Shown in pieces: positions 46,185 to 55,054 of a DNA stretch of 64,000 nucleotides. This stretch comes from a virus (taxonomy: Duplodnaviria; Caudoviricetes). The notes beneath the pieces are model-generated. The model searched no databases. It was not told where the DNA came from and worked only from the letters and a program-made list of their open reading frames with translations. The stretch covers positions 3,523-67,522 of IMG/VR virus record IMGVR_UViG_3300033463_010483; one strand, written 5' to 3'. The stretch's first letter is position 1, and each line of letters opens with the position of its first letter. The position numbers were made by a program, and so were the translations under genes.

Positions 46185-47540
46185 TTAAGTTCTGCGGGTT
46201 GGATGCATGTATTCGGATTGCGGGTCACCGATGCGCCAAGCCTGTGCAGCCAAGGCCGTTTCAATTGGCAGGCCATCAATGTCGGAAACCTTTGGAACGC
46301 CTTCGAATATCGTCCCGTTTCTCGGGCATTTTGCCTGAAGGTATCGACCCGTCTCGGGGAATCCTGGGAGTGTCACCTCTACCAGAGCCCCCATGTCGCT
46401 TGTCGGGTCGCCGTCAATAATGCGAGGCTTGAGTGCTGGGATCATGCGAGCGCCAAGAATCTGCATTCCCGCTGCACGTTGTTCCACATTCTCTGCCTTC
46501 AATACTTCGACCGGGTCTAGATTCTTACGATCCTCGATCCAATGCGACGGAACCTTGACGCCATGCCAAAAATACAAAGCCCAGCCGTCGCGCCATCTGT
46601 GGGATGGTCCTGTTTCACAATGTGGCCGGTTCTGATCGTCAACGCGCAAAACTTCAGGAAAATCTGACACAAGGCAGAATTCCTCATGCATCACGCGGAA
46701 GCCGCCATGGATCGCTGCTTGTTCCCAATGCGCATAGGCCTCGTGGCTGCTTAATTCCAAACCAAGGATGTCGCGGCACGATGTGAGATAGCAATCGTAT
46801 CCGGCCCACATATTGCCGCCTTGGTACGCACCGTACCAACGCTTTGAACATTCAATGCCGAGCTGTCCGGCCAAGTCATGACAAGCGACCGCTTCACGTT
46901 TTTCTACATCATCGGTTGCTGCATCGGTTGCTGCACGGGTTGCTGCACCGGTTGCTGCATCGGTTGCTGCACGGGTTGCTGCACGGGTTGCTGCACCGGT
47001 TGCTGCACCGGTTGCTGCATCGGTTGCTGCACGGGTTGCTGCATAGGTTGCTGCATAGGTTGCTGCACGGGTTGCTGCACGGGTTGCTGCACGGGTTGCT
47101 GCATAGGTTGCTGCATCGGTTGCTGCATCGGTTGCTGCATCGGTTGCTGCATCGGTTGCTGCATCGGTTGCTGCATAGGTTGCTGCACGGGTTGCTGCAT
47201 CGGTTGCTGCACCCTTACCATTCTTCCTCACATGCCAAATGGCTGCTGACGCTCCATAAGCAAAAGCCATAACCATTGGTGATGGAACGATAATGACTCG
47301 CGGTTCTTTCAGATTGGCTGCAGCATAAATGCCCTTGATCGCCGGAATGATTTTGTCCGGTTCAATCGGATCGGTGCGCATGGCAATGCCAATCCATTTT
47401 TGGGAATGCTCATCCATGCGGAGCTTTTCTTCGGGCGTAATCCCGCCGTGGGCCTTGGATGGTGTGCGAATGATTTTTGACATGCTCAATGCTTTCTTCG
47501 TTGACGTCGCTTTTCCAAACCGAGCAGCAGCCATTGCCAT
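46185..47540 (-). CDS. DUF6745-like protein with central (AATx)25 repeat
   Basis: C-terminal RPHCETGPSHRWRDGWALYFWHGV..ENVEQR; alternative start at 47483. Confidence 0.78.
   Translation of the reverse strand: MAMAAARFGKATSTKKALSMSKIIRTPSKAHGGITPEEKLRMDEHSQKWIGIAMRTDPIEPDKIIPAIKGIYAAANLKEPRVIIVPSPMVMAFAYGASAAIWHVRKNGKGAATDAATRAATYAATDAATDAATDAATDAATDAATYAATRAATRAATRAATYAATYAATRAATDAATGAATGAATRAATRAATDAATGAATRAATDAATDDVEKREAVACHDLAGQLGIECSKRWYGAYQGGNMWAGYDCYLTSCRDILGLELSSHEAYAHWEQAAIHGGFRVMHEEFCLVSDFPEVLRVDDQNRPHCETGPSHRWRDGWALYFWHGVKVPSHWIEDRKNLDPVEVLKAENVEQRAAGMQILGARMIPALKPRIIDGDPTSDMGALVEVTLPGFPETGRYLQAKCPRNGTIFEGVPKVSDIDGLPIETALAAQAWRIGDPQSEYMHPTRRT
46911..47210 (-). repeat. 25 x 12-bp tandem repeat GCAGCAACC-(GAT/CGT/TAT/GGT)
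   Basis: Exactly 300 bp; variation confined to one codon per unit. Confidence 0.95.
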
Positions 47541-47546
47541 GCTCGA

Positions 47547-47930
47547 TTAAGCAGACTTCTGATGAGCCTCATTTGATTTCCTAAGTTCGTGCCGCTCGGC
47601 CATGTAACCGTCAGCGGCCTCGTTGTTGCGCTGGACCATTTCCTCGTATGCCAGCATGAGTTTGATGACCGTCTCGCCACCAACGTCATTCATAGATTTC
47701 CAGCGCTTCCAGATGCGTTCGGCCATCGGCAGTTCAACACCTGCCTTCTTGGCTGCGCGATCCCGAGCTGCAGTCCATGTGTCGTGTCGGCCCTTGTGAT
47801 GGGCCTTCGTGATCGTCTCGAGCCAGTAGTTTGCTTTCTGGGGAACTGGCATCCCCTGAGTGTCAGCAAGTGCACGCATTACTAATTCGCCCCGTGTTGG
47901 GTCAGATTTGACCCGTCTTGTGTCGGACAT
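47547..47930 (-). CDS. Phage hypothetical (possibly regulatory HTH) protein
   Basis: 127 aa; AAKKAGV...AERIW. Confidence 0.65.
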   Translation of the reverse strand: MSDTRRVKSDPTRGELVMRALADTQGMPVPQKANYWLETITKAHHKGRHDTWTAARDRAAKKAGVELPMAERIWKRWKSMNDVGGETVIKLMLAYEEMVQRNNEAADGYMAERHELRKSNEAHQKSA

Positions 47931-48063
47931 TTTTTCTTTTCCTCGATAGATTGAGACCTATCGAAGACGCGGATTTGACCGCGATTTGTGGAAGGAACTG
48001 ATGGTGAAAAAGCGCACGCGTAAGGCCTGGAAAACTCAAACGGGTGTGCAATTGTCTTTGTTC

Positions 48064-48255
48064 TCATGGGAGCAATCTCCCCCGCAGAAAGTTCGCCAAG
48101 CCAAGAACGGTGGCGCCAACCACCGTGGCAGGCCAAGCGAGTATGAAGACCCATTCACGCAAGCCCGTGGGCGCATCCCTCTGTACGGAAGCGCAAGCAC
48201 CAATGGGGCCGAGTGAATAAAGGCTGATTGCTAGGATTGTCATGCCGGCGCCCAA
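48064..48255 (-). CDS. Small membrane protein
   Basis: Two hydrophobic stretches. Confidence 0.45.
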   Translation of the reverse strand: MGAGMTILAISLYSLGPIGACASVQRDAPTGLREWVFILAWPATVVGATVLGLANFLRGRLLP

Positions 48256-48413
48256 TGAGTTGGGCGGTAATAGACATACATACTGCCGTCAGGAATGAAC
48301 CACAGGTTGCCACTGCGTTTAAGGTTCTGCTCGTTGCGGGACCCGTTCTCATCGTGGATTTTTGTTTTAACGACAATGCCTTCTGGCGCCGTTTCTATAT
48401 CGAGCCAATTCAT
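48240..48413 (-). CDS. DUF551-like small phage protein
   Basis: MNWLDIETAP...PTHWAP; ATGA-coupled start at 48413. Confidence 0.65.
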   Translation of the reverse strand: MNWLDIETAPEGIVVKTKIHDENGSRNEQNLKRSGNLWFIPDGSMYVYYRPTHWAPA

Positions 48414-48793
48414 GCCGCCACCTGCTCTTTCAGAACCGGTGAAGTCGGCCAAGGCATCCACGCAATCGGCGGGACGGCTTTCGTGAACATTTCCCAACGC
48501 TCTTCATTGGGCAGCCAGCGTCCCACCGTCACAACACCGCAAGGGCTGGCAAGGATGACCTTCTGATGCTGATAGACGGTTTTCTCTACCTTCTTGCCTT
48601 TGCCATTCGTGTACGTCGTGGTGACGTATTCTCCGCGAGGCGCAGCATCCATGTCATAATTCCAGGGGAATTGGCCGGACGACGGCATTTCAACGCATGT
48701 GGCGTTCGCAAGTCGGGCATATCCTGTCACTTCAGCGATTTCGCCGTCGTCCGATTGGAAATCTTGGGGGTTGATCACGCCTTTGCTCTCCAT
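48410..48793 (-). CDS. DUF551-like phage protein
   Basis: WNYDMDAAPR...PIAWMPWP. Confidence 0.6.
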   Translation of the reverse strand: MESKGVINPQDFQSDDGEIAEVTGYARLANATCVEMPSSGQFPWNYDMDAAPRGEYVTTTYTNGKGKKVEKTVYQHQKVILASPCGVVTVGRWLPNEERWEMFTKAVPPIAWMPWPTSPVLKEQVAA

Positions 48794-49254
48794 TTTTCAG
48801 GAATGGCATCACGGCGAGCCAATGCCGACCGCTGCTTCTTTGACATGCTTTGGATTTGTGAAAGGATTCCGCCGATATGACCGGTTTCATTGCGCTTGAT
48901 GACGGAAGGCCAGAGAAGCATTGCAACTTCCCAATACTCGTCATCTGTCTTGAGGCTGGATACCTTTACGCCCCTCACACCGAGACAGGCCTTGAGGCTA
49001 TCAAACCAAGCGCCTTGGTGTTTATTTTTGGTCTGGCGCTTGCGATTTGGGAACAATGTTTCGAGGCCGGCAAGGATTTCCTCACCTCTCATCGTATCAA
49101 AATTCACCGTTCCCGCTTTCACCAGCTCATCATCATCAAATGCAGCATCAGCGACGATCACGGCGAACCAATAGTCGGTCATTGCCGGATCATTGAGTTT
49201 GACGCGCATTCCTTTCAGATAGCCTGCGCAACGTGGAAAGGAATGAATGCTCAT
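48775..49254 (-). CDS. Phage hypothetical protein
   Basis: 159 aa, ATGA-coupled. Confidence 0.6.
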   Translation of the reverse strand: MSIHSFPRCAGYLKGMRVKLNDPAMTDYWFAVIVADAAFDDDELVKAGTVNFDTMRGEEILAGLETLFPNRKRQTKNKHQGAWFDSLKACLGVRGVKVSSLKTDDEYWEVAMLLWPSVIKRNETGHIGGILSQIQSMSKKQRSALARRDAIPEKWRAKA

Positions 49255-49547
49255 TTCGCTTTCCTCGCCTTGTCTGCAGCCATAACCTCGTCCATCAACC
49301 GAACACCCTCGGCGTTCAACACACCGATGCTTTCACCTAGTGGGATGAGAGCACATCGAAGTTTGAGGAGGGATTCACGTTGACTTGGATGGGCCCATTT
49401 AGGCTCGCTTCCAGATTCGAATATGGTGTGGAGGAAATTGTCAGACTCCTCAATGACAACAGCTATTGTCTTTTTCTGCTGTGCATCAGCTATCGACCGA
49501 TCAAACGCATCCCAGTCCGTGTATCCCAAATTGAGATGTCTGCTCAT
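49251..49547 (-). CDS. Phage hypothetical protein
   Basis: 98 aa directly after cro. Confidence 0.6.
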   Translation of the reverse strand: MSRHLNLGYTDWDAFDRSIADAQQKKTIAVVIEESDNFLHTIFESGSEPKWAHPSQRESLLKLRCALIPLGESIGVLNAEGVRLMDEVMAADKARKAK

Positions 49548-49747
49548 GCCGCAGCCTCATCGATTAAGAACCAGTCTGAAACCCTCACTTTACCTTTCGT
49601 AGCGGCTTCAACCTTTCGAATTACATCTGGCGACGGGAAGCGCTTTTTATTGATGTATCGATTGATGGTTGCCTGCTTGACGCCGATCAGTTCGGCGAAA
49701 GCAGTCTCCGTCAGTGATTTTTCATCTAGGTATTGTGCTAGGGTCAT
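49544..49747 (-). CDS. cro: Cro-like XRE repressor
   Basis: 67-aa HTH (AFAELIGVKQATINRY), divergent from cI. Confidence 0.88.
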   Translation of the reverse strand: MTLAQYLDEKSLTETAFAELIGVKQATINRYINKKRFPSPDVIRKVEAATKGKVRVSDWFLIDEAAA

Positions 49748-49754
49748 GATGCTT

Positions 49755-49806
49755 TATACCAACTGGGTATATCATTGTAAACAGGTTTTTATACCATTTT
49801 GGTTTT
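49755..49806. promoter_or_regulatory. OR operators and divergent promoters
   Basis: TATACC-AACTG-GGTATA (49755-49771), half-site (49772-49789), TATACC-ATTTT-GGTTTT (49790-49806); minus-strand TTTACA-17-TATAAA. Confidence 0.8.
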
Positions 49807-49840
49807 TGACAGCATTTTTTATTGGCCTTAGCGATTGAGC

Positions 49841-50482
49841 ATGAAGAATCTCAAGGAAATTCGAGACCAGCTCAAACTCACACAAGCCGAAATGGCTAAG
49901 CGTTTAGGCACGTCGCAACCGCAGTATCAACGGCTTGAACGCGGGAAACGGCCCATGTCAAAAAAGTGGGCTCTTAAAATAGAATCTGAGTTTGGTATCC
50001 CAGCTGCGCAAATATTGTTTACTGATGAGGATGATACTTCTGTCCCAGCCCGCATGGTTAAAGTTCTAGGATATGTGCAAGCGGGCGAATGGGAGGAGAC
50101 TTGGGAGTTGTCAGAAGAAGATCAATACGATGTACCTATACCGCATGATACTTCACTAAACGGATATCCACTATATGCTGCGGAAACACGCGGCCCCTCG
50201 ATGAACAGGCGATACCCTGAAGGAACTGTATTAGTTTTTACTCACATCATCGAAACGCATGAGGATCTGATACCTGGGAAACGCTACATTGTTGAGCGCG
50301 AACGGTCAGACGGCTTGAAAGAGGCAACCGTAAAGATTTTATGGTTTGATGATCAAAGGAAACCATGGCTCCTGCCGGAATCGACAGACCCGAGGTTTCA
50401 AGAACCAATCGCTTTGAATGGCGATGATGGTGATACAATCCGCATAGTTGGACGCGTCCGGTATGCCGTTTCTAGAGAATAG
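49841..50482 (+). CDS. cI: CI-like repressor (XRE HTH plus S24 peptidase)
   Basis: LTQAEMAKRLGTSQPQYQRLERG; VQAG cleavage site, GPSM serine and TVK lysine motifs. Confidence 0.92.
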   Translation: MKNLKEIRDQLKLTQAEMAKRLGTSQPQYQRLERGKRPMSKKWALKIESEFGIPAAQILFTDEDDTSVPARMVKVLGYVQAGEWEETWELSEEDQYDVPIPHDTSLNGYPLYAAETRGPSMNRRYPEGTVLVFTHIIETHEDLIPGKRYIVERERSDGLKEATVKILWFDDQRKPWLLPESTDPRFQEPIALNGDDGDTIRIVGRVRYAVSRE

Positions 50483-50566
50483 CTCTTTGACAGAGCCATA
50501 TTCTGAAGCCTCTTTACCCTATGAAAGAGAATATAGGTATTAATCAGATTGTAGGTTTATATCTGT

Positions 50567-50609
50567 GTTGCTGTGCAGCAACCAATAATTAGTTGCTGTG
50601 CAGCAACCA
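50567..50609. repeat. Two 18-bp direct repeats, each a near-palindrome
   Basis: GTTGCTGTGCAGCAACCA at 50567-50584 and 50592-50609, next to an AT-rich stretch. Confidence 0.9.
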
Positions 50610-50960
50610 TTAGCTATACGGCCACTTAAAAATGTAAATGTTACCCGCTCGCGCCTTACTCTCAATTTCCAACAATTGCGCGGCTTTTAATTTTCTTGTC
50701 GCCCGAAAAACAACGGTTCGATCACAACCTGTCTGCTTTTCGATGTATGACATGCCGGCAACACAGTATGGCCGGTCTGGCGAACACACCATTCCAATGA
50801 AAATTGCGGCCACGCGTTCGTGATGGGTGAGATCGGTCATAGTCGTCACCCTCCTCACCCACGCACGCTGATCAGCAAGAAATAGCCCCGCATCAACTGG
50901 CGGAAAGCGCTCTTCAAGGTCTTTAAATCGGGAAGCTATTAGATCGGGTCTTTTAAACAT
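50610..50960 (-). CDS. Winged-HTH protein resembling the N-terminus of phage replication initiators
   Basis: YIEKQTGCDRTVVFRATRKLKAAQLLEI...NIY. Confidence 0.68.
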   Translation of the reverse strand: MFKRPDLIASRFKDLEERFPPVDAGLFLADQRAWVRRVTTMTDLTHHERVAAIFIGMVCSPDRPYCVAGMSYIEKQTGCDRTVVFRATRKLKAAQLLEIESKARAGNIYIFKWPYS

Positions 50961-50970
50961 CGCTCACATT

Positions 50971-51010
50971 TATACCAAACAGGTATTGACGACAATACCA
51001 ACTAGGTATA
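50971..51010. promoter_or_regulatory. OL operators and PL-like promoter
   Basis: TATACC-AAACA-GGTATT and AATACC-AACTA-GGTATA share the OR consensus ATACC-N5-GGTAT; TTGACG at 50986. Confidence 0.8.
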
Positions 51011-51078
51011 AATGTTCCCCATACCAACGAGTACGAAGACGGCCCAGCCTGATCTGCTCAACACATGGGGCAAATGAC

Positions 51079-51300
51079 ATGAACACAGATTTTAACTGGA
51101 TTAAGCATACATCGGATGGACTTCCTGTTCCGGCAGAAGCCATCGTCCATGTTTTGACGAACGTTGACCGTTATCCATCTTTTGATCTTGTTGCGGGTTC
51201 AATACCTGCCGATACTTGGTCAATTGATGGGCACACCTGCCCAAACGGTTTTGTTGGCCGTATCACGCACTACGTCGTCGCGACTGGCGGTGCAGCATGA
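51079..51300 (+). CDS. Early hypothetical protein
   Basis: MNTDFNWIKH...ITHY; first gene after PL. Confidence 0.6.
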   Translation: MNTDFNWIKHTSDGLPVPAEAIVHVLTNVDRYPSFDLVAGSIPADTWSIDGHTCPNGFVGRITHYVVATGGAA

Positions 51301-51596
51301 ACGCGCACCTTTCCAATCTCGTTTTCAAGGCCGTCAATGCGGCGGTGAAGTCTGAAACCCTTCGTCAGGTCTGTGACCGGATGGAACGCGGCGGTCATAC
51401 ATTGTTCGTTCTGACCGACATTCTTCACATCGATGAAGAGACGGAAATCCACTCGGCCATTCGGACGCTGGATAAGCTTCTCATCCGCGAACACGCCAAG
51501 CGCGGACACTGGTCATTCAATCAAAACCAGATGGCCATGCTCAAGCAGCATCACGATGCGCTGTGCAAGGCCGTAGGCAGGCAGGAGGCAGCATAA
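51297..51596 (+). CDS. Early hypothetical protein
   Basis: ATGA-coupled, 99 aa. Confidence 0.6.
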   Translation: MNAHLSNLVFKAVNAAVKSETLRQVCDRMERGGHTLFVLTDILHIDEETEIHSAIRTLDKLLIREHAKRGHWSFNQNQMAMLKQHHDALCKAVGRQEAA

Positions 51597-51687
51597 TGCG
51601 CGATTTTCTCGACGCACTGGCTGAGGGCATGGCCCTCGCCGTGTTCCTCTCAGCAGTCATCTTTATCGCAATGGGAGCAATGTAATT

Positions 51688-52014
51688 ATGGAAAAATTCC
51701 GAAAGGGCGACAGGGTTCTCATTGAAGCTATTATCGCTTCCGACTTTGGCCACGAAGGTAAACAAAAGGTCAAGGTCCTCTATGACGAGTTTTACGCCGT
51801 CATCAAGGATATGACCATGGTTCATCCGGTTATTGTCCTTGGTGACACACTGCGCCTCAAGGATGGAAGTGGCCCATCTGGTGCGACGGTCCTTGCTATC
51901 GCAGATGACCATGCATGGGTGTCATTCGGAGATGGGAACTACGCGACGTGGTGGCTCAATCTCGTGGAACGGGTTGATGCATCCGAAGCGGAAGAATTGG
52001 CGGTGGCATCATGA
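51688..52014 (+). CDS. Early hypothetical protein
   Basis: 108 aa with two KOW-like halves. Confidence 0.6.
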   Translation: MEKFRKGDRVLIEAIIASDFGHEGKQKVKVLYDEFYAVIKDMTMVHPVIVLGDTLRLKDGSGPSGATVLAIADDHAWVSFGDGNYATWWLNLVERVDASEAEELAVAS

Positions 52015-52241
52015 CTAAAGCCACTCGTGAACGCATGGAACGCTTCATCAATAGTTTTGGCTATCGGGCCGAGCGTGAAGCCGTTGAAACCCTATTTGAT
52101 CGCTACGGCCTCGCGATGCTCACCGATGAGCAGGTTGAGGAAGTTGTTGACGACTGGAGCCGTTCGGAACGGAACCGGATCAAGCACAACCGCGAAAACC
52201 GACTGATCGCATCGCATCAGGCCGAAAGGATGTCGTCATGA
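52011..52241 (+). CDS. Early hypothetical protein
   Basis: ATGA-coupled. Confidence 0.6.
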   Translation: MTKATRERMERFINSFGYRAEREAVETLFDRYGLAMLTDEQVEEVVDDWSRSERNRIKHNRENRLIASHQAERMSS

Positions 52242-52329
52242 TCACCATCCTTCTCGCGGCAGTTCTCTTCATGCTCGCCTGCATTGTTCGGGCTGCACAG
52301 CTGCTGATTATCAAGCGGAGGCGTGGGCT

Positions 52330-52626
52330 ATGAGCAAGATCAATACAGGTGGTCCGGCGTTTCCATTCGCTTACGAAACCAGTGACGGACTCGATCAGAC
52401 AATCCACATCAATGAAGGAATGTCCCTACGCGACTATGCGGCGATCCATGCCCCGCAGCCGGATATCTCTCAGGTAGAGCTTCATGAGAAGCTTGATCGT
52501 TCGCGCAATCCCCACAACGACAGTTACAAGCCGAAAATTCGATCCAGAGCCGAAATAGTATCGGCCCTTCGATACGAGTTTGCCGACGCCATGATCGCGG
52601 AACGCGAGAAGGGTGGTGCATCATGA
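52330..52626 (+). CDS. Conserved phage protein
   Basis: TGGPAFP...GMSLRDYAA...ADAMIAER motif typical of small phage early proteins. Confidence 0.7.
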   Translation: MSKINTGGPAFPFAYETSDGLDQTIHINEGMSLRDYAAIHAPQPDISQVELHEKLDRSRNPHNDSYKPKIRSRAEIVSALRYEFADAMIAEREKGGAS

Positions 52627-52817
52627 CCGCCAAGACATGGGAAGTTCTCGTAAACGAAACTGATCTGGCAAGCAGCGTTATCATTTCGGATGGCGAAGAT
52701 GATCTGCTGGAAGTGTTTCACCGCGGCAGAGCAACGGTAAGCCGTACCCAGGCTGAAGCGATTGAGGTTGCCCGCAGGATTGTTGCGATGGCACCAGAAA
52801 ATGGCGGTGCGTCATGA
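52623..52817 (+). CDS. Early hypothetical protein
   Basis: ATGA-coupled. Confidence 0.55.
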   Translation: MTAKTWEVLVNETDLASSVIISDGEDDLLEVFHRGRATVSRTQAEAIEVARRIVAMAPENGGAS

Positions 52818-52951
52818 TTTTCCTACAGGAACCAGACCTGATCCGCATCATCCAGACCAACCGCGTTCACCGCTCAATGTGGGCGCTCGCTGTCTTCGGC
52901 GTGGTGATGCTTTCGATCCTGATCATTGGAATTATCGGGAGGGTCGCATGA
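52814..52951 (+). CDS. Small single-TM protein (45 aa)
   Basis: Hand translation MIFLQEPD...WALAVFGVVMLSILIIGII; ATGA overlaps at both ends. Confidence 0.55.
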   Translation: MIFLQEPDLIRIIQTNRVHRSMWALAVFGVVMLSILIIGIIGRVA

Positions 52952-53823
52952 CAGTTTTCAACAAGGCTGAAGAACTCGAACTCTGTGGGTTTGTCGGTAA
53001 ATGTATGGCCAGTCCTCAGAGTTATGAAAGCCATATTCGCTCCTACTATCGCAAGCCTACTAACAAGGAAATTGCGTCGAAAGCGCAATCCGAACTGGAG
53101 GCAGCACGCGCAAAGGACGTCGAAGCTCATGAGCGCAATCTGCTAAAGATTGAGACCAACAAGGTCATTCGTGAGGCTATCACCGATATCATGAAGCAGG
53201 TCGGAATTCCCGACAGCTACAGCGAACGGGACTTCAAAAGCCGCGCGCGAATGCCGAAGCTCATTCGGCATGATGCAGGTTATCTCGGCGATCTCAACCG
53301 GACCGTCAAAATCAACGATGGGTTTGAAGCGGCCACTTTCACCTATGAACGACTGAAAAGAACCTACACCGAATATGCACAGGACGCTGATCGTGTCGAG
53401 GAAGCTCGCGTTCTTGCTGAAGCGCGAGAGATTGAAAACAAGCTCAAGGCGCGACGGGAGAACATCAAACTCGCGGAATTGATCTTGCGATACGCACTTC
53501 CAGAAACGGTTGAGTGGCATGATGTTCTAGAAGCGTTACGCGCCAAGGATCAGAGGTTGGATCTCGCTGTTGCCATGCAGCAAACGCGAGGAGATTGGTC
53601 CGATGGATACTATCGCGTCTCTTCCGCTATCGACCGCTTCACAGTTGTCACTCCTGAAGATGCGGCCATACAGACGGACATTCTGTCTTGTTTCAATGAT
53701 GACATTGACGGACGCGTGTTTCGCGACACGGAATGGAACTATTCACGTCTGTTCTCCGAAGCATCTGGCCAGCAATTGTCGTCTGACATCCAGTATGTGC
53801 TGCAGCATGCAGGTGACGCATGA
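52948..53823 (+). CDS. Coiled-coil phage hypothetical protein
   Basis: Start reassigned to 52948 (GGAGG RBS, ATGA coupling). Confidence 0.7.
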   Translation: MTVFNKAEELELCGFVGKCMASPQSYESHIRSYYRKPTNKEIASKAQSELEAARAKDVEAHERNLLKIETNKVIREAITDIMKQVGIPDSYSERDFKSRARMPKLIRHDAGYLGDLNRTVKINDGFEAATFTYERLKRTYTEYAQDADRVEEARVLAEAREIENKLKARRENIKLAELILRYALPETVEWHDVLEALRAKDQRLDLAVAMQQTRGDWSDGYYRVSSAIDRFTVVTPEDAAIQTDILSCFNDDIDGRVFRDTEWNYSRLFSEASGQQLSSDIQYVLQHAGDA

Positions 53824-54014
53824 CTTCTCCATCCCAATATACACCACCCGAAATGCAAGACCGGATGAAGCGATATGCACAGTCCAGACCATCGGGTTTC
53901 CACGAATATCACCTTCGCCAGAACTACCGCGACCTTTGCCTGATCTACGGCAGGGAAGCTGCGCGGGAACTTCTCAACGAAATCGCTGACACCACTGAGG
54001 AGCGGATGAAATGA
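53820..54014 (+). CDS. Early hypothetical protein
   Basis: ATGA-coupled. Confidence 0.55.
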   Translation: MTSPSQYTPPEMQDRMKRYAQSRPSGFHEYHLRQNYRDLCLIYGREAARELLNEIADTTEERMK

Positions 54015-55054
54015 AAATGGATCGCATTGAACCCGGCGCCATGCAGTCTCTTGGAGCGATTACCGATAAGATCATCGGTGGGTTGGCCGGCGAAATCTCT
54101 TGGGATGGCAAGACCATCAAGGAAAACGGTGTTTATGCCAATATTCCAATGGATGACTACCACGGAAATGTTCATCTGCTGAATGGCCCGTCTGTCTCCA
54201 AGTCCGCCTTGAAGCACATCCTGCCGGTTCATGGTGGAAGCCCGAAGGCTTTCTGGGGCCGGTGGAAATGGAATCCCGGTCACGTGGTTCCGAAGACCAG
54301 TCCTGCCCTTGAGTTCGGCAAAGCAGTGCATTTCCTGCTGCTGGGTGAAGGCACATTTCGCGATCACTATGCGATCCGGCCTGAAACCTATGTCGATGAA
54401 AAAGGCGTTGAAAAGCCTTGGTCTGGCAATTCCAACAAGTGCAAGCAGTGGCTGGCAGATGCCGCGAGCAAGGGCCTAACCGTCCTCACCGATGACCAGC
54501 TCAAGACCATCAATCGTATGGCAGAAGATGCCGCCGACTATCCAGAGGTGCAGCAAGGCATCCTGAATGGCCGTGCAGAGCGCTCGATGCTCTATCGCGA
54601 CCCAGAGACAGGCATCTGGCTTCGTTCGCGTCCTGATGTCATTCCAGCGGCAGACGGTGTGTTTTGTGATCTGAAATCCACGTCCAGCATGGATGAGGAT
54701 TTTCTGCAGCGCCAGATATTCGACTGCGGCTATTACCTTCAAGCTGCAATGAATCGTATGGTTTGCCGCGGTCTTGGCATCCCCTTCGAAACCTTCGCCC
54801 TGCTCTATGTGCTCAACGATGACGTGCCAGATACCGCACACGTTGAGATTGACACGTTCACGATGGATCGTGGTGAAGCATGTGTGCGATGGGCGTTGCG
54901 GAAAATCCGTGAATGCCTTGATGCAGGATATTGGCCCGGCCGTGAACCATTCAATCGCGGCGAACGTCCAATCTCAATGAAGCCATGGGCTGCCGACAAC
55001 ATCGACAATTTCCTTAACCGACAGGCGCAGATCGCCGAGCAGGAGGCAGCATAA
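54011..55054 (+). CDS. RecE/exonuclease VIII-like PD-(D/E)XK nuclease
   Basis: FGKAVH..LL, LRSRPD...DLKST, YYLQAA. Confidence 0.85.
   Translation: MKMDRIEPGAMQSLGAITDKIIGGLAGEISWDGKTIKENGVYANIPMDDYHGNVHLLNGPSVSKSALKHILPVHGGSPKAFWGRWKWNPGHVVPKTSPALEFGKAVHFLLLGEGTFRDHYAIRPETYVDEKGVEKPWSGNSNKCKQWLADAASKGLTVLTDDQLKTINRMAEDAADYPEVQQGILNGRAERSMLYRDPETGIWLRSRPDVIPAADGVFCDLKSTSSMDEDFLQRQIFDCGYYLQAAMNRMVCRGLGIPFETFALLYVLNDDVPDTAHVEIDTFTMDRGEACVRWALRKIRECLDAGYWPGREPFNRGERPISMKPWAADNIDNFLNRQAQIAEQEAA

Noticed and set aside
46911-47210. Possible CRISPR array or DGR variable region
   Set aside because: No unique spacers, no cas genes and no reverse transcriptase in the window; it is an in-frame coding tandem repeat.
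46844-47272. Cys-rich (GCC), His-rich (HRLL) and Gln-rich (QQPM) ORFs
   Set aside because: Artefacts of the stop-free 12-bp repeat; only the AATx frame joins flanking domains.
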